A stretch of DNA of 64,000 bases. It comes from Dehalococcoidia bacterium (GTDB lineage: Bacteria; Chloroflexota; Dehalococcoidia; DSTF01; WHTK01). The position numbers and the translations under genes were made by a program. Location: assembly GCA_965225815.1 (NCBI GenBank), contig CBDDBP010000007.1, positions 426,496-490,495 on the forward strand, written 5' to 3'. Below, piece after piece: positions 9,764-19,750 of this stretch. A model generated the notes under the pieces. That model searched no databases, was not told the DNA's origin, and was given only the letters and a program-made list of their open reading frames with translations. Position 1 is the stretch's first letter, and every line of letters starts with the position of its first letter.

Positions 9764-11611
9764 CTACAGCTCGAGATCGTCCTTGAGATAACGATCGAGG
9801 AAGCTCGCTACGTCCAGCAGCATCTGTCGCACGTTGGGCGGCGAATCGACGTAGTAGCCGTCGTTGGGGTAGGCCTTGGCCTCCACCGTCTTGTAAAACC
9901 GCTTCATCTCAGTCGCGAAGGCGCGGGATGCGTCGGACCAGGGGTCCTTGCCCTCGCCCCACACGACGAAGCAGGGTGTTGTCGCATTCCTGATCTCGTA
10001 GAAGGCCGAGCAGCGGTACCAGACCTCCGGGCTATCTTCGAATGTGCCCAGCTCGTGCTCCTGCAGCTTGATATGCCGCAGCTCGATCTCGTGGCGCAGC
10101 GTCGGCCAGTCGGCGTAGCCGGACATCGGCACGGCAGCCTGGAAGACGTTCGGCGCGAAGGCAACGGCGGCCATGCTGAGGATGCCGCCGTAGCTCCTGC
10201 CTGAGATCGCCATCCGGTCTGGATTGACGTGGCTCAAGCCTTTGAGGAATTCGGCGCCGTAAATCGCGTCTTGCAGGTCGCCGTGGCCCGAATCGCGGTC
10301 ATTGAGTTCCTCGAAGGCCTTGCCGTAGCCGGTGCTGCCACGGATGTTGGGCAGCATCACCACGTAGCCGCGCTGCACCAGGTACTGCACGACGATCTGG
10401 ATCTCGTCGTAGTACTGGTTCGTCGGGCCGCCGTGGATGTAGAGCAAGCCGGGATAGCGCTGACTGCGGTCCGGCGGGCTGTAGACGTAGGCGTGGATCG
10501 TCTCGCCGTCGAAGCTTGGGTAGGCCACCTTTTCCGGCGTTACCAAGCGCTCCGTTATTACGCTTGCCGGCGCGGACTGGGTCAGCTGTCGGGCGCTGCC
10601 GTCGGCGACCGAAACAACCCAGAGGTCGGCGGGCGTCGTGGTCGTGCCGTAGCGGAACGCGATGCGCGAACCGTCCGGCGACCATCGCGGGTTGGCGCAC
10701 ATGCCTGCGCCGGGCGAAAAGACGGTGCGAGACTCGCCGGTGTCCGCGTTGGTGACCCGCAGCTCGAGGGTGCCGTTGTCGTTTGACGTGTAGAGGACGT
10801 CGCGTCCAGTGGGCGACCACTTTGCTTCGGCGATGTTTACGCCGACATTGCCTTGCTCGGCGTCGTCAGCCGCCAACGGCCGTGGCTCGCCTCCTTCGAT
10901 GGGGACGAGCCAGATGTTGGTGTGGCCGCTGCGCTGGGAGCGGAACAGGACGGTACGGCCGTCGGCGGAGACGTCCGGATAGCCGAACATTTTGCCGTAG
11001 GTGTAGTCGAAGAGGTCGGTATCGGAAACAACGAGGCGCGACTCGCCGCCGCTGGCGCTGACCAGCATGACGTCGTGGTCTTCCCACTTGTCGTCCAGGC
11101 GCACGAAGAGGACGTTGCGACTGTCGGGCGTGAATACAGGATTGACTTCGAAGCGGGTGTCGGAGGTGAGACGAACTGCCTTTCCGGAGGGGACGTCTAC
11201 GCGGTAGATGTCGTAGGCGCCAAGGCGACTACAGGCGACGGCAACCGAGCGAGCGTCGGGCGACCAGTTCATCGAGTGGATGCGGCCGCCGAGATGGGAG
11301 AGTTGGACCTCGGGTTCGCCGTTCGCGGGCCAGAGCCAGACCTCGTCCGTCCCGCTCTTCTTCGAGATGTAGGACAGATAGCGACCGTCGGGCGACCAGA
11401 GCGGTATGCGCGAGGCGAGGAAATCGACGTCGCCGAGCGGCCCGCTGAGCCGTGTTGGGAAGCCACCGTCAGGCGAGATCTGCCAGAGCGCCGGGGCGCC
11501 ACCGATGCTCGATATGAACCCAATCTGGTCGCCGGCAGGCGACCATTGCGGCGCCTCGGGCGCGAGGAGCGGCCGGATGGCCATCAGCTGGTCAAGCGTT
11601 ATACCGTCCAT
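9764..11611 (-). CDS. S9-family serine peptidase (prolyl oligopeptidase / acylaminoacyl peptidase type) with an N-terminal beta-propeller
   Basis: PD40/WD40-like repeats (WSPDG) sit in the N-terminal half. The C-terminal alpha/beta hydrolase region carries a GRSYGG nucleophile elbow. Confidence 0.8.
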   Translation of the reverse strand: MDGITLDQLMAIRPLLAPEAPQWSPAGDQIGFISSIGGAPALWQISPDGGFPTRLSGPLGDVDFLASRIPLWSPDGRYLSYISKKSGTDEVWLWPANGEPEVQLSHLGGRIHSMNWSPDARSVAVACSRLGAYDIYRVDVPSGKAVRLTSDTRFEVNPVFTPDSRNVLFVRLDDKWEDHDVMLVSASGGESRLVVSDTDLFDYTYGKMFGYPDVSADGRTVLFRSQRSGHTNIWLVPIEGGEPRPLAADDAEQGNVGVNIAEAKWSPTGRDVLYTSNDNGTLELRVTNADTGESRTVFSPGAGMCANPRWSPDGSRIAFRYGTTTTPADLWVVSVADGSARQLTQSAPASVITERLVTPEKVAYPSFDGETIHAYVYSPPDRSQRYPGLLYIHGGPTNQYYDEIQIVVQYLVQRGYVVMLPNIRGSTGYGKAFEELNDRDSGHGDLQDAIYGAEFLKGLSHVNPDRMAISGRSYGGILSMAAVAFAPNVFQAAVPMSGYADWPTLRHEIELRHIKLQEHELGTFEDSPEVWYRCSAFYEIRNATTPCFVVWGEGKDPWSDASRAFATEMKRFYKTVEAKAYPNDGYYVDSPPNVRQMLLDVASFLDRYLKDDLEL

Positions 11612-11851
11612 GCTAGATTCCTTTTAGTGCTTGGATGTGACTGGCGCAGTGGCGCGATCATGGAAGCCGGAGTCCGGGACTGTCAAACGAGACGCTGGGG
11701 CCGCTTCCGGCAGCTTATAGGCTCAAGTATGATTCAGACGCCCGCAGAGAAGTAAGCAGACGATGCGCTCTGGGGCGAATCGCCAGTAGTCGGATAGTCA
11801 AAGTAGTTGCCGGACGGCCGGCGGCTTTCGGTGGGGTGAGCCTTGTACAGG

Positions 11852-13843
11852 ATGGCTATCGACATCGGCGGGACTTTCACGGACCTGGTCCTTGAGACGC
11901 CTGACGGTGAGAACCGCAGCACGAAAGTGCTGTCCACGCCCGGGGAGCTGGTGCGTGGCGTCATGGATGCGGTCGCGGCGGCCGGTGTTGAGCTGTCGGA
12001 TGTCGGCATGTTCGTGCACGGGACGACGGCAGGGCTCAATGCGCTCCTGGAGCGCCGGGGGGCAAAGGTCGCGCTGATTACGACCAGCGGATTTCGCGAC
12101 GTCTACCTGATCGGTCGAGGCAGTCGTCCGGCGATGTACGACATTCACTACCGCAAGCCGGAAACGCTCCTCGATCGAGCGGCTATCTACGAAGTGGACG
12201 AGCGGATTGCCGCCGATGGCAGCGAGTTGACGCCCGTCGATGTGGAATCGGTACGAAGCGTTGCCAGCACGATCAAGAGCGAGGGTTATACGTCGGTCGC
12301 GGTCTGTCTGCTCCACGCCTACGCCAACGGGCAACATGAGCGAGAGCTGCGAGACATCCTTAGCGAAGTCGTAGCGGACGTCCCGGTGTCGCTGAGCCAT
12401 GAGGTCGCCCCGATATGGCGTGAGTACGAGCGCACCTCGACCACCGTCATGTCGGCGTACATCACGCCGATCATGGGCGCCTATCTGGCGGAGCTGCAGG
12501 ACGAGTTGAGTTCCCACGGGCTCGGCGTCCCGGCTTACATAACGGAGTCGAACGGCGGAGTGATGACCGCGACGATGGCTGCCGGCAAATCCGTTCTCAC
12601 CCTATTTTCGGGCCCGGTGGGCGGCGTTGTCGGCACGCGCTCTGTCGGCGACGACATCGGGCGAACCAACTTGATCGGGATCGACGTTGGCGGGACGTCT
12701 TTTGACGTTAGCCTGGTCCAGGGCGGGCAGTTGTCCTTGCAGCCCGAGTATCAGTTGCAGGGTCTGCCGATCCTTGCCCCAGCCATCGAAGTCAACACGA
12801 TTGGCGCCGGAGGCGGGAGCCTGATCTGGGAGGAGCAGGGCCGGCTGCATGTCGGACCGGAGTCGGCGGGCGCCCGGCCCGGTCCTGCGAGCTACGGCTT
12901 CGGTGGCGATCAGCCCACCGTGACAGACGCCAATGTCGTCCTCGGCCGGTTGCCGGCGCAGCAGCGGCTCGCCGGCTCACTGGCATTGGACGTCACCGCG
13001 GCGCAGGACGCCCTGTCAGCGGTAGGAGCCAGACTTGGCCTCAACGCCGCGGTCCTCGCGGAGCAGGCGCTCGAGGTGGCGCACTTCAAGATGGCCGAGG
13101 CGATCCGAGAACTCACCGTCGAGCGTGGACTCGACCCGCGCGACTTCACGCTGTGCGCCTTTGGTGGCGCCGGCGGATTGCACGCCGCCGCCCTTGCTGA
13201 CGAGCTCGAAATCGCGCGAATAGTCGTCCCGGCCCTGCCAGGAGCCTTTTCAGCCTGGGGCATGCTGCAGACCGGCATTCGACACGATGCGATAAGGACC
13301 TTTTACAAAGCACTGGACGGCGCCGCGCCGGAGGTGACTCAAGCACTCGGTGAGCTTCGCGCGGAGATGGCGCAGGTCCTCACCACCGAAGGCGTGCCCC
13401 AGGCTGAGCAGCGCTTCGAAGCCGCCGCGGACCTGCGATACACCGGCCAGGAGTATTCGCTGACGCTTGGACTGGACTCCTGGACCTCGGTGGATGGACT
13501 GGCCGAGCGATTTCACGCCGCCTACGACGCGCGATACGGTCACTCCAACCTCCAGGAGAGGGTTGAATTCGCCGCGCTGCGCGTTGCGGGCCTGGCGGCG
13601 ACGGCCGGACGGGCGCGTCCCTCCTCCAACGGCACGTCACCGGGCGAGGCTATAGAGGTTGTGTATACTCGTTTCGGTGGTCAGGATTTGCAAACGAAGG
13701 TGTTTACGCGCGACCGGATGCCCGCGATTGTCGCCGGTCCGGCGATAATCCTCGAGTCGACTTGTACGACGCTGGTGCCGCCGAACTGGTCGGCCAGCGT
13801 AATTGAAAGCGGCCACCTGATGCTGGAAAGGGCAACACCCTGA
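11852..13843 (+). CDS. hyuA: Hydantoinase A / N-methylhydantoinase (ATP-hydrolysing) subunit A, HyuA/oxoprolinase family
   Basis: The N-terminus MAIDIGGTFTDLV is the HyuA hallmark; roughly 660 aa. Confidence 0.8.
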   Translation: MAIDIGGTFTDLVLETPDGENRSTKVLSTPGELVRGVMDAVAAAGVELSDVGMFVHGTTAGLNALLERRGAKVALITTSGFRDVYLIGRGSRPAMYDIHYRKPETLLDRAAIYEVDERIAADGSELTPVDVESVRSVASTIKSEGYTSVAVCLLHAYANGQHERELRDILSEVVADVPVSLSHEVAPIWREYERTSTTVMSAYITPIMGAYLAELQDELSSHGLGVPAYITESNGGVMTATMAAGKSVLTLFSGPVGGVVGTRSVGDDIGRTNLIGIDVGGTSFDVSLVQGGQLSLQPEYQLQGLPILAPAIEVNTIGAGGGSLIWEEQGRLHVGPESAGARPGPASYGFGGDQPTVTDANVVLGRLPAQQRLAGSLALDVTAAQDALSAVGARLGLNAAVLAEQALEVAHFKMAEAIRELTVERGLDPRDFTLCAFGGAGGLHAAALADELEIARIVVPALPGAFSAWGMLQTGIRHDAIRTFYKALDGAAPEVTQALGELRAEMAQVLTTEGVPQAEQRFEAAADLRYTGQEYSLTLGLDSWTSVDGLAERFHAAYDARYGHSNLQERVEFAALRVAGLAATAGRARPSSNGTSPGEAIEVVYTRFGGQDLQTKVFTRDRMPAIVAGPAIILESTCTTLVPPNWSASVIESGHLMLERATP

Positions 13844-13932
13844 ACGTCTCAGCCATTAGCGGAAAAACCGCCGCGGCTCTCCACGACGCCTCGGAGGCGG
13901 AAGCAACCGTCAGCCCGGCGACGGTCGAAGTC

Positions 13933-15528
13933 GTGCAGCACGCCTTCATCTCAGGCGCCGACCAGATGCGCCGCAATCTCTATCGCTCGGCCTACAGCCC
14001 GGTGATCTACGAGATGAAGGACTGCTCGGTCGGGATCTTCGACGCGAACGGCGACTTGCTCGGTCAAGCGCCCGGGTTGCCTTTGTTCCTTGGCAGCCTT
14101 GGCGGGACGATCAAGGCCGTCCTCAACGAGAAGGCCAACGTTGCTTTCGAGGAAGGCGACGTCTGGATCGTCAATGACTCCGCGATCTGCGGCAGTCACC
14201 TCAACGACGTCACCCTGATCCAGCCGGTCCTGATCGACGGGACGCTTCGAGGCTTCAGCGCTGCCAAGGCGCACTGGACCGACGTTGGCGCCATGGAAGC
14301 CGGCTACGTTGGCGACTCAACGAACATTTTCCAGGAAGGCTTACGCATCCCATTCCTGCGCCTGATCCGTGGCGGCGAAGTGGACGAACAGCTCTGCGAG
14401 ATCTTCGCGTTGAACTCGCGCAATCCAACGGGGCTCCTGGGCGACCTCATGGCCGAGGTGGCTGCCTGCCGCACGGGCGCCGGAAGGTTCCACGCCATCG
14501 TCGACCGATACGGCTGGTCGGCCGTGGATGCTTCGATCCAGCGCTACTTTCAGCACGCGGAGCTGCAGGACCGAGCCGCCGTCGCGAACATTCCGGACGG
14601 TGTGTATCACTCGCACGGTTTCCTGGATGGCGATGGACTGACCGACAACTCCCTGCACGTGAACGTCACCGTCACCGTTGCCGGCGACAAGATGACCATC
14701 GACCTGGAGGGCTCCAGCCCGGAGGCTCAGGGCAGCATCAACAGCGGGCTAGTGCAGAGCCGTTCTGCGATACAGCAGGCGTTCAAGTTCGTCGTGAATC
14801 CCGAAACGCCTGCCTGCGGAGGCAACTTCCGCAACCTCGAGATCAAGATTCCGGAGGGTAGCTGCTTCTATCCTTCGGCGACGGCAGCTTATCTTCACTA
14901 CGGCCCGCATCTTCTCCTGGCCACGGACCTTGTCGTCAAGGCCCTGACGACCGGCATCCCGGACCGCACCGCGGCGGGCCACCTCGGCGACTCTTGCAAC
15001 GTCACCCTGGTGAGCGAGCGCGGGCAGACGCCGTACGTTTTCGGCGATTCGTTGGTTGTTGGCTGGGGAGCCTATCCCGGCGGCGACGGTGAGAGTGCCT
15101 TGATCCGCTCGTCGGCGGGCGACTTCCGGAGCTTCCCCACGGAGACGGCAGAGCACCGCTTCCCGGTTCGAATCACGAAGTACGCGCTTCGTGTCGGGTC
15201 TGGCGGCGAGGGCGAATGGCGTGGCGGTCTGGGGTTGGAGCGTGAATACGAGGTCTTGCAGGACTGCAGGGCCAGCTTCTGGTTCGAGCGCAGCAAGATG
15301 CCGGCCTGGGGTATCGATGGCGGCGAGGACGGTGCGCCGCCCGAGCTCTGGGTGACGAGGCCTGGTGAACCGGCCGAACTGGTCCTCATTGCAACAGCAG
15401 TGCCGCTCCCAGCCGGCACACGAATACTGGCACGGACGGGCGGTGGCGGCGGCTGGGGCGATCCGTCGAAGCGAAACAGCGAGGCGATTGCAGATGATGC
15501 ACGCCTCGGCCTTCTGGAGGCGATTTAA
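13933..15528 (+). CDS. hyuB: Hydantoinase B / oxoprolinase subunit B (HyuB); the true start is probably upstream of the GTG at 13933
   Basis: The frame is open back to 13846 encoding …TVEVVQHAFISGADQMRRNLYRSAYSPVIYE, the conserved HyuB N-terminus. No canonical start codon lies further upstream, so the start is uncertain. Confidence 0.75.
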   Translation: MQHAFISGADQMRRNLYRSAYSPVIYEMKDCSVGIFDANGDLLGQAPGLPLFLGSLGGTIKAVLNEKANVAFEEGDVWIVNDSAICGSHLNDVTLIQPVLIDGTLRGFSAAKAHWTDVGAMEAGYVGDSTNIFQEGLRIPFLRLIRGGEVDEQLCEIFALNSRNPTGLLGDLMAEVAACRTGAGRFHAIVDRYGWSAVDASIQRYFQHAELQDRAAVANIPDGVYHSHGFLDGDGLTDNSLHVNVTVTVAGDKMTIDLEGSSPEAQGSINSGLVQSRSAIQQAFKFVVNPETPACGGNFRNLEIKIPEGSCFYPSATAAYLHYGPHLLLATDLVVKALTTGIPDRTAAGHLGDSCNVTLVSERGQTPYVFGDSLVVGWGAYPGGDGESALIRSSAGDFRSFPTETAEHRFPVRITKYALRVGSGGEGEWRGGLGLEREYEVLQDCRASFWFERSKMPAWGIDGGEDGAPPELWVTRPGEPAELVLIATAVPLPAGTRILARTGGGGGWGDPSKRNSEAIADDARLGLLEAI

Positions 15529-16271
15529 TGGGCAAGCGCATCCTCGTGGTTCAACCCATGGGTACGGATATCTACGACAAGGTCACGCTCGACGTTGTTG
15601 CGCCAGCGGTGGCCAACGACACCGAGGTTGAGGTCCGCAACCTGGGTGACAGCGTTCCGCCGACTCCGTTTCTGCCGCCGGCGGCTTCTTACCACAATCA
15701 GCTGATCCGCATGGTTCAAGATGCGGGCCCCGAAGGCTTCGACGCTGTGGCCATCGCCTGCACCGCGGACCCTGGTCTGCCTGAGTGCAAGCGAGTTTCT
15801 TCCGTTCCCGTCACGGGGCCTATGGAGGCTGTGGCGCATACGGCCCCTTCCCTAGGTTATCTGGGCATCATCACGCGGCGGCTTCCGGCCAAAGACGGCC
15901 AGCATCTGCCCCAGGACGCAAACTGGCTGCGAGACTTGATCCGTCGCTACGGCATTACCGAACACGTCGCCTGCATCCGCGTGGCGCATCTCATGAATCA
16001 CCCGAGCCCCGAGGAGTCGGCCTGGCTGTTCAAGGAGTCGCCCGAGCGCCTCATGGAGCAGATCATGGACGCGATGGCTCAGGCCATCGAAGGCCCCGGC
16101 ATCGAGCAGGCCGAGCTCGCTTACTCCGAGGACGACGCGCGCGCGCTGTTCTTCGGCTGTACGCTCTGGGGCGGCATGCTCGACCCGGTTCGCAAGGCGG
16201 TCCCGATCCCGGTCCTCGACCCCCTGGTCACGATGACGCGGTACGCCGAGTATCTTGCCTGGAGTAACTAA
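15528..16271 (+). CDS. Asp/Glu/hydantoin racemase family protein
   Basis: Two conserved catalytic Cys contexts are present (IACTADPG, GCTLWGG). The start overlaps the hyuB stop (TAATG), indicating an operon. Confidence 0.7.
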   Translation: MGKRILVVQPMGTDIYDKVTLDVVAPAVANDTEVEVRNLGDSVPPTPFLPPAASYHNQLIRMVQDAGPEGFDAVAIACTADPGLPECKRVSSVPVTGPMEAVAHTAPSLGYLGIITRRLPAKDGQHLPQDANWLRDLIRRYGITEHVACIRVAHLMNHPSPEESAWLFKESPERLMEQIMDAMAQAIEGPGIEQAELAYSEDDARALFFGCTLWGGMLDPVRKAVPIPVLDPLVTMTRYAEYLAWSN

Positions 16272-16292
16272 CTCCCACGAGCGCAAAGAAAA

Positions 16293-16324
16293 AGCCCTCC
16301 GTCCATCGGAGGGCTTCTTCTATT
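16293..16324. terminator. Bidirectional rho-independent terminator between the racemase and the convergent diiron oxygenase gene
   Basis: Hairpin AGCCCTCCG-tccat-CGGAGGGCT flanked by A-runs and T-runs. Confidence 0.5.
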
Positions 16325-16347
16325 GTCAGCAAAGCTTCGGGATTGAG

Positions 16348-17280
16348 CTAGGCCGATAGCGCCTCGGCCACGCCGCGTATCTTGGCGGGACCTTCGACCG
16401 TGATCTCATCGATCAGCCTGACGATGTTCGGGTGCTGCAGGCCGGAAACCAGGAAGGTCCAGCGCCAGGCTCGCAACGTCTCGGTGCTGATCTCGGCCCG
16501 TTCTGCCGCCATAAAGTCGCGGCCCGTGGCGACCTCCAGCGCATCGATGTTCATGCCGATCTGCTGTTGCAGCAGGCCATCGATCGCGCCACCCAGCTCG
16601 AGGACCTCATCGACCGCGGCTTCGCGCTCCTCGATGGGCATGTTCTCGACCATTTCGGAGATCAGCAGTGTGTCGAGCTTGGCGTGCTGCGCCTCGTCCA
16701 GCCAGTGGTACTTGAGGAGGTCACGGAAGAGACCGTCCAGGTCAGACCCGGCCGCGACATGCTCGATGTAGTGGACCTGGGTGAACCACTCGATGATCGC
16801 GGTCAGGAGTTCGACGGCGAGCTTCGACTTGCTGCGAACGACTGCCGCGACTTCTTCTCGGCCGGGGATCAACTCCGGGTCACCGCCGAATTACTGGTTG
16901 AAGGTCAGGATTGAGCGCCGGAACAGCTCCTGGTGCTTGAGCTCCTCCTCCGAGAAACGCATGAGTGAGCGTTGGCGCACTTCGTCGCCGTAGGGGTCAG
17001 CCAGGGCTTCCTCCATGACTGACGGCACGATGAACTCCTCGACGAAAGCGAAGATGTGGCAGTAGGCGTTACCCATGATCTGGTTCAACGTGCGTTTCTC
17101 GTCCTCGTTGAGGCACTCGATTGTGTCGACGCCGCTGAGCCGGTTTGGCAGGAAGCGCTTCGAGAGGTCGAAACTGCGGTCTCCGAGGACCTCGTCTTCG
17201 GTCCACGTGACCTTCTTGGAGTTCGCCAGGATGTCGGTGTACGAGTAAGTGTGCGTGACCATCGGGCTAGTTGTCGTCAT
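16348..17280 (-). pseudogene. AurF-like diiron (ferritin-like) oxygenase interrupted by an in-frame TAA at 16891-16893
   Basis: Two ORFs of 129 aa and 174 aa lie in the same frame, separated only by one TAA. EX2H motifs (EEELKHQE, DEAQHAKL) fall on both sides, and the combined length of about 310 aa matches the AurF family. Confidence 0.5.
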
Positions 17281-17585
17281 GATTTGTTCCCTTTCCTTTC
17301 GTCCGCATCGACGGACCGTAAGTGGCCTCAGTTGGCGAGATGCCGAGCCGGCCGGCTGTCTGCATCACAAGGAACACAGTAGGGCTGCGAGCAGGGCCGC
17401 CACATGACCACAGATGGCGGTTTTTCAGCCGTCGTTTTCCAAAGTTGCTAGCCACAATTGGCTAGCAATGCCCGGTCGAGCCTTGGATGGCTTCGCTGCA
17501 AGCTTGAATCAGCCCGTTGCTTGGTATGGAATAGCGGGCACGTGCTAGCCAGCGACCCCCACAGTCGATTGACGCGCAAGCCGCT

Positions 17586-18821
17586 GTGAAATTTCCGACG
17601 GCGTTCGAGCCGCTGCGAAATCGGGAGTACCGCCTCCTCTGGTTGGGCTCGGTCGGATCGCTCGGCGCGGCCCAAATGCGTCAAATCGCGAATGGCTACC
17701 TGGCGTTTGAGCTGACCGGGTCCGCCACGGTGCTGGCGGCGGTCATCCTGGCGCAATCTCTGCCTTCCTTCATTTTGTCGATGTTCGGCGGCGTGATCGC
17801 GGACCGGGTCAAACGGCGCCAGTTACTTCTCCTTACCCAGGGGGCTATTTGTATCGACAGCGGGTTGGTCGCGATCCTCGTTGTCACGGGCTGGGTGGAG
17901 GTTTGGCACCTGGCGGCGCTCGGGGTGATGCACGGCTCCGTGCTGGCCTTCAATCAGCCGTCGCGCCAGGCCTACATGGTGGAGCTGGCCGGTTCCGAGA
18001 ACATCACGCAGGCCATCGCCCTCTACAACTCGGGTCAGACGGCGATGCGTATTGTCGGGCCTTCGATCGCCGGGGCGTTGATTGCCGTCCCATTCGTCGG
18101 CATCGAACGCGTTTTCCTGATCATCTCCGCGACCTACACGCTGCCCGTGTTCATGCTGCTGATGATCAAGGCTCGTCCGCAGGGAAAGCCGCGAGAGCGG
18201 CGGCCGATCCTGACTGAGCTAGCAGCAGGCTTCAACTACATCCGGCGGCACGAGGTGCTGCGAATCCTGGTCATCGTCGGCATCGTGCCGCCCTTGCTGG
18301 GTAATCACTATCAGCACTTCTTACCGGTTTTTGCGTCGGAGGACGTGCTGGACGTGGGAAGTTCCGGCCTGGGGCTCATGGCCACCTGCTCTGGCATCGG
18401 CGCGTTTCTTGGCGCCCTGTCTGTGGCTAGCTTTGGCAATGTCCGGCGCCGCGGCCTGGTGCAATTGGGCGCGGGAGTTCTGTTCGGCGTGATGCTGGTC
18501 TTGTTCGGCCTCTCGCCGAACTTCCCATTGGTGCTGGTTTCACTGATTGGTGTGGGGTTCGGCTTCGGTTCGTTCCAGACCCTGAACAGCACGTTGACCA
18601 TCGGTAGCAGCGATCCGGAGTACTACGGCCGCGTCTCCAGCGTGCAGCAGATCAACAACTCCCTGGGCAGCTTTGCACTGATCCCGGCCGGTATCCTCGT
18701 CGACGAGTTGGGTGCGAGGCCGGTGGTGATGGCGGGCGGCGCGCTGATCGCGTTCTGGTGCTTTGTCACTCTGTTTGTGAGCAGCTATCGGAGAATCGAA
18801 CTGGGCGTCAAAGCTCCCTAG
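17586..18821 (+). CDS. MFS transporter
   Basis: 12-TM hydrophobic profile. The N-terminal EYRLLWLGS motif is typical of MFS_1. Confidence 0.75.
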   Translation: MKFPTAFEPLRNREYRLLWLGSVGSLGAAQMRQIANGYLAFELTGSATVLAAVILAQSLPSFILSMFGGVIADRVKRRQLLLLTQGAICIDSGLVAILVVTGWVEVWHLAALGVMHGSVLAFNQPSRQAYMVELAGSENITQAIALYNSGQTAMRIVGPSIAGALIAVPFVGIERVFLIISATYTLPVFMLLMIKARPQGKPRERRPILTELAAGFNYIRRHEVLRILVIVGIVPPLLGNHYQHFLPVFASEDVLDVGSSGLGLMATCSGIGAFLGALSVASFGNVRRRGLVQLGAGVLFGVMLVLFGLSPNFPLVLVSLIGVGFGFGSFQTLNSTLTIGSSDPEYYGRVSSVQQINNSLGSFALIPAGILVDELGARPVVMAGGALIAFWCFVTLFVSSYRRIELGVKAP

Positions 18822-19633
18822 CCCTGAGCAACCCACATTTCGTAGAAGCGCCGGCGACCGATGCCGAAGCGGCGCTGGATCAAGGGCTGGGCTTGCGAGC
18901 GGCTGAGGCCGAGGCGCTTCATTTCAGCCAACTCCTCCTCTATCGCGGCGACATCGATCTCTGGCGTCTCAACCTCGCCACCTTCGATGACGAGAACGAA
19001 TTCGCCACGAGGCGTTTCGAAGTGCTCTAGCGCTTCCGCTGCCGTGCCGACGAAGGTTTCCTCGTGCAGCTTGGTGAGCTCGCGGCAGACAGCGATTCGG
19101 CGCTGAGGCATGGCTTCCTGGATGCCAGCCAGGGAACGTCGCAGACGGCTGGGCGCCTCGAAGGTGACGATCGTGGCGGGCTGCATAGCGGCATCTCGTA
19201 ACAAGCTGCGAAGCTCGCCGACGGCGCGTGGCAGGAACCCTACGAAACGGAAGTCGTTGCAGTGCAGGCCTGCCACGGAAAGCGCCGCGACCACGGCGGA
19301 AGGCCCGGGCAGCGCTATGACTTGATGGCCCGCTTCGCGGACCGCGGCCACTAGATGGACGCCGGGGTCAGAAATAGCCGGCGTGCCGGCGTCAGAAACC
19401 AGGGCTGCATCCGATTCTTCCAAGTGGAGCAATAGGCGAGGTGTTCGTTCGTCCTTGTTGTGATCGGTGTATGAGACGAGTCGAGGATGGAGATCGTAGT
19501 GACGCAGGAATATGCCGGCGGTTCGGGTATCTTCGGCGGCGACGAGAGGCACTTCGCCGAGGATGCGCAGCGCTCTCAGGCTGGCGTCCTCGAGGTTTCC
19601 GATTGGCGTTGCAACAACGTAGAGCGTTCCCAT
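18818..19633 (-). CDS. rsmI: 16S rRNA (cytidine1402-2'-O)-methyltransferase RsmI
   Basis: The N-terminus LYVVATPIGNLEDASLRALRIL…AEDTR is the RsmI tetrapyrrole-methylase signature. Confidence 0.8.
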   Translation of the reverse strand: MGTLYVVATPIGNLEDASLRALRILGEVPLVAAEDTRTAGIFLRHYDLHPRLVSYTDHNKDERTPRLLLHLEESDAALVSDAGTPAISDPGVHLVAAVREAGHQVIALPGPSAVVAALSVAGLHCNDFRFVGFLPRAVGELRSLLRDAAMQPATIVTFEAPSRLRRSLAGIQEAMPQRRIAVCRELTKLHEETFVGTAAEALEHFETPRGEFVLVIEGGEVETPEIDVAAIEEELAEMKRLGLSRSQAQPLIQRRFGIGRRRFYEMWVAQG

Positions 19634-19750
19634 AGAATCGCTCTACCGCGCAGACGGATTAGCAGAAAAGTGCGAAATAGGATTGACCACGTTTAGACCC
19701 TACGATATATTTCTCTTTTATATAAGGTGTTCGTTAAAGGGGTGGCTGTA

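Noticed and set aside
13846-13932. hyuB possibly fused to hyuA or lacking a start
   Set aside because: hyuA ends with TGA in a different frame. The hyuB frame is open from 13846 with conserved N-terminal residues but no canonical start codon until GTG 13933. This is most likely a start-site annotation ambiguity (a rare start codon) rather than a lesion.
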